Part shown: positions 61,827-64,000 of the stretch, piece after piece
Layout: each line of letters opens with the position of its first letter
Numbering within the stretch: position 1 is the stretch's first letter
Source: Candidatus Heimdallarchaeota archaeon
Lineage (GTDB): Archaea; Asgardarchaeota; Heimdallarchaeia; JABLTI01
Direction of reading: 5' to 3'
Length of the DNA stretch: 64,000 nt
NCBI GenBank assembly: GCA_019058275.1
Contig: JAHLVW010000036.1
Coordinates: forward strand, 64,001 to 128,000
The notes under the pieces: model-generated
What the model was told of the DNA's origin: nothing
Seen by the model: the letters and a program-made list of their open reading frames with translations, nothing else
The model's database searches: none
Made by a program: the position numbers and the translations under genes

Positions 61827-62006
61827 ATTGGTTAATTATTTACAGATTTTTTAATATGTATATGGATTTTTTGCTTTTGTTTTAGATTAAAAGCATTTTC
61901 TTTTCAACGGTCTTTTTTTCAAAAGAGATATCTGTTTTTCAACAAAGTAGTAAATTTTATGTAATCAAGGTATCAGAATTAACTAAAAATAACTCGAGGA
62001 ATTATC

Positions 62007-62705
62007 TTGCCTAAAGAAAAGAAAAAAACGATTACTAAAGAAACGACTAAAGAAAAGAAAGAAACAACTGCTAAAGAAACTAAAGAAGAAAAGGGTGAAG
62101 CAAGTAAAGAAAAACCATCAAAATTCAAATTTGAATGTACAAGATGTGGCACTTGTTGTCAAAACCAGGACTCCATACCAGTAACTTTTACTGATTTAGC
62201 AAGATGGACAAAACAAGGAAGTTTTATGTCTATTATATTACCACACCTTGAGCTTGGGAGTATAAGTGAGGACGATGAGTTAGGCAAGCTTGCGTTAGTT
62301 CCATATATAGCTGTGAAAGATAAAGATGATAATGGCAAAGGAACATGTCCCTTCTATGATGAAGAAAATAAGATGTGCAATATCTACTTTACTCTACCAG
62401 TTTTTTGTAAAACCTTTCCACTATCGTATAATGGTGAAAAATACTATATTTCTGATCCCTCTTGCCCGGGAATAGGTCAAGGTTCAATGACTAAAGAAAA
62501 ACTTCTTGAAATACGTAATGTTGCTATGAGAGACTTTAATGAAAGAGCAGATACAACTATTGCTATGGTTCCACTACAAGGATTATTTATTAGACATTTC
62601 ATGAAACAATCTCAAGAAACAGTTGATCGTTTATCTGATGAAGAAAAAACAAAACTTGATGAATTAATCAAAAAGTCACAAGAACAAGCATCTGATGGAT
62701 CTTAA
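62007..62705 (+). CDS. YkgJ family cysteine-cluster protein
   Basis: FECTRCGTCC, CPFY, CNIY..LP.FCKTFP, CPGIG; K/E/T-rich N-terminus. Confidence 0.88.
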   Translation: MPKEKKKTITKETTKEKKETTAKETKEEKGEASKEKPSKFKFECTRCGTCCQNQDSIPVTFTDLARWTKQGSFMSIILPHLELGSISEDDELGKLALVPYIAVKDKDDNGKGTCPFYDEENKMCNIYFTLPVFCKTFPLSYNGEKYYISDPSCPGIGQGSMTKEKLLEIRNVAMRDFNERADTTIAMVPLQGLFIRHFMKQSQETVDRLSDEEKTKLDELIKKSQEQASDGS

Positions 62706-62763
62706 ATTTAAAGAAACAATTTTCCCATTTCTAAATTTCTAGCTGGAACATATTTCCAGCATT

Positions 62764-63738
62764 TTATTCCAACATTTCTACCGAATCTATAGTTCCGTCT
62801 CCGTCTAAGTCATACCCTTTGACAACTGTTCTAAAGGAACCTTTCTTGTAATTCTTCAGTATAGTTTCCCAATTATTCGTTAGAGCTATGATTGCAGCTT
62901 TGGTTCCTCTTCTTCCTTGTCCTGCAAAAGCAATGACAGTTTTCTCGGGGTTGAATGGGTTTGGAACTTTGAAGATTATACCAGCATTATTTTGTGAGTA
63001 AAATGTTTTGGGATCCTTAGAGGTAATACCTCTACCGAATCTCGCATCAGGTGCAATACCTTGCATATGATTATCAAAAGCTGGATTCTTTAATCGTGTA
63101 TTAATATCATGAGTTACTAAATTAACTGCTGGGCCACCAACTAAGATAAGATTTTGATCTAATGCTTTTTCTGCTCTAACTTCAACATCTAATTTAACAA
63201 AAAGTTCATCTGATGGATGTAAAAATTGTCCCATGAACATTGCCAGATATATTGCATAATGACCATCTCTTGCCCATGTTTTGTGTGGACCATGAGCATC
63301 AGGAGCACCTACAACAATTAAACCATTAAATTTCGAATTACGATAAAATTCTTGGAAAAATTTCAATAATTTATCATTCACTGGTGTATTTGCATTAAAA
63401 TGCATGCCGACATCTTTTGAGTCAATTTCTATTCCAAATGCTTTTTCTGTTGTTTTATAATAACGTGCTTTTGCTCCTCTTATCTCCTTTTCAAAAACTA
63501 CTTCTACTAATCCAACATTGATTAATTGTCTAATATGATAGTAGACTTTCTGTTCATGTAGTCTCATCTCTCTTGCAAGGTCTGCTGGATATCTAGCTTC
63601 TTTCGATAGTTTCTTCAATATTGTCCAGCGGATGTCATTGAGTATTGTTTTCATTTTATTTGGATCATCAAACATTTTAATCTCTTTTGCAGCTATTCCC
63701 TTATCTGTTTCTGAGATTAATCTTTTCTTCATTTTCAT
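62764..63738 (-). CDS. ArsR-type HTH regulator with S-layer-like C-terminal domain
   Basis: YPADLAREMRLHEQKVYYHIRQL; NLILVGGPAVN; terminal DLDGDG. Confidence 0.78.
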   Translation of the reverse strand: MKMKKRLISETDKGIAAKEIKMFDDPNKMKTILNDIRWTILKKLSKEARYPADLAREMRLHEQKVYYHIRQLINVGLVEVVFEKEIRGAKARYYKTTEKAFGIEIDSKDVGMHFNANTPVNDKLLKFFQEFYRNSKFNGLIVVGAPDAHGPHKTWARDGHYAIYLAMFMGQFLHPSDELFVKLDVEVRAEKALDQNLILVGGPAVNLVTHDINTRLKNPAFDNHMQGIAPDARFGRGITSKDPKTFYSQNNAGIIFKVPNPFNPEKTVIAFAGQGRRGTKAAIIALTNNWETILKNYKKGSFRTVVKGYDLDGDGTIDSVEMLE

Positions 63739-64000
63739 TCATCACAGTTATGCTGGCTCAATAATAATTCGCAATTGTTGTCCAATTTTGAAATCAATTC
63801 AAATAAATCTTTAATGCATAGAATCACCTAACTACTATAAATTTTTTTATAATAGTTTACAATTGTAAAATATCTAATCACCAAAATTCAAACACCTACC
63901 ACTAACATTTTTTTATTAATGGTTCAAGCACAATATTAGAATTACTTTTAATAAATGGATGCGACTTTATATTTCAGTGAAATGGATTTAAACATTCTCG

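Noticed and set aside
63955-64000. Possible gene start at the right edge (MDATLYFSEMDLNIL)
   Set aside because: Too short to support a call

Overview
Low-GC archaeal chromosome segment, most likely an Asgard archaeon and possibly Heimdallarchaeia. The lineage is inferred from archaeal RpoP, an archaeal/eukaryote-type GlyRS, TATA-box promoters, a TPR+longin-like protein, PCI-like winged helices and NosD-type beta-helix paralogs. It is mostly accessory and metabolic genes: MFS transporter, M42 peptidase, GH2 beta-galactosidase, galactokinase, clostripain, three aldo-keto reductase/Fe-S paralogs, threonine dehydratase and UDG. I saw no rRNA, tRNA, CRISPR array or intact transposase. Best candidates for undescribed systems: (1) a ThsB-type TIR enzyme facing a small multi-TM protein, a possible antiviral signalling pair (12.8-13.8 kb); (2) a translationally coupled operon of ArsR-GyrI sensor, nucleotidyltransferase-wHTH and divergent UvrA, with no uvrB/uvrC in the window (28.9-33.6 kb); (3) SucC plus a SucD::citryl-CoA-lyase fusion with ATP-citrate-lyase architecture (51.7-55.1 kb); (4) a three-hairpin RNA near the window start and several small ORFs missing from the ORF track, some next to clear operator palindromes. 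About eight genes are broken by frameshifts or stops while long genes are intact. All family calls come from motif recognition by eye; no database search was run.
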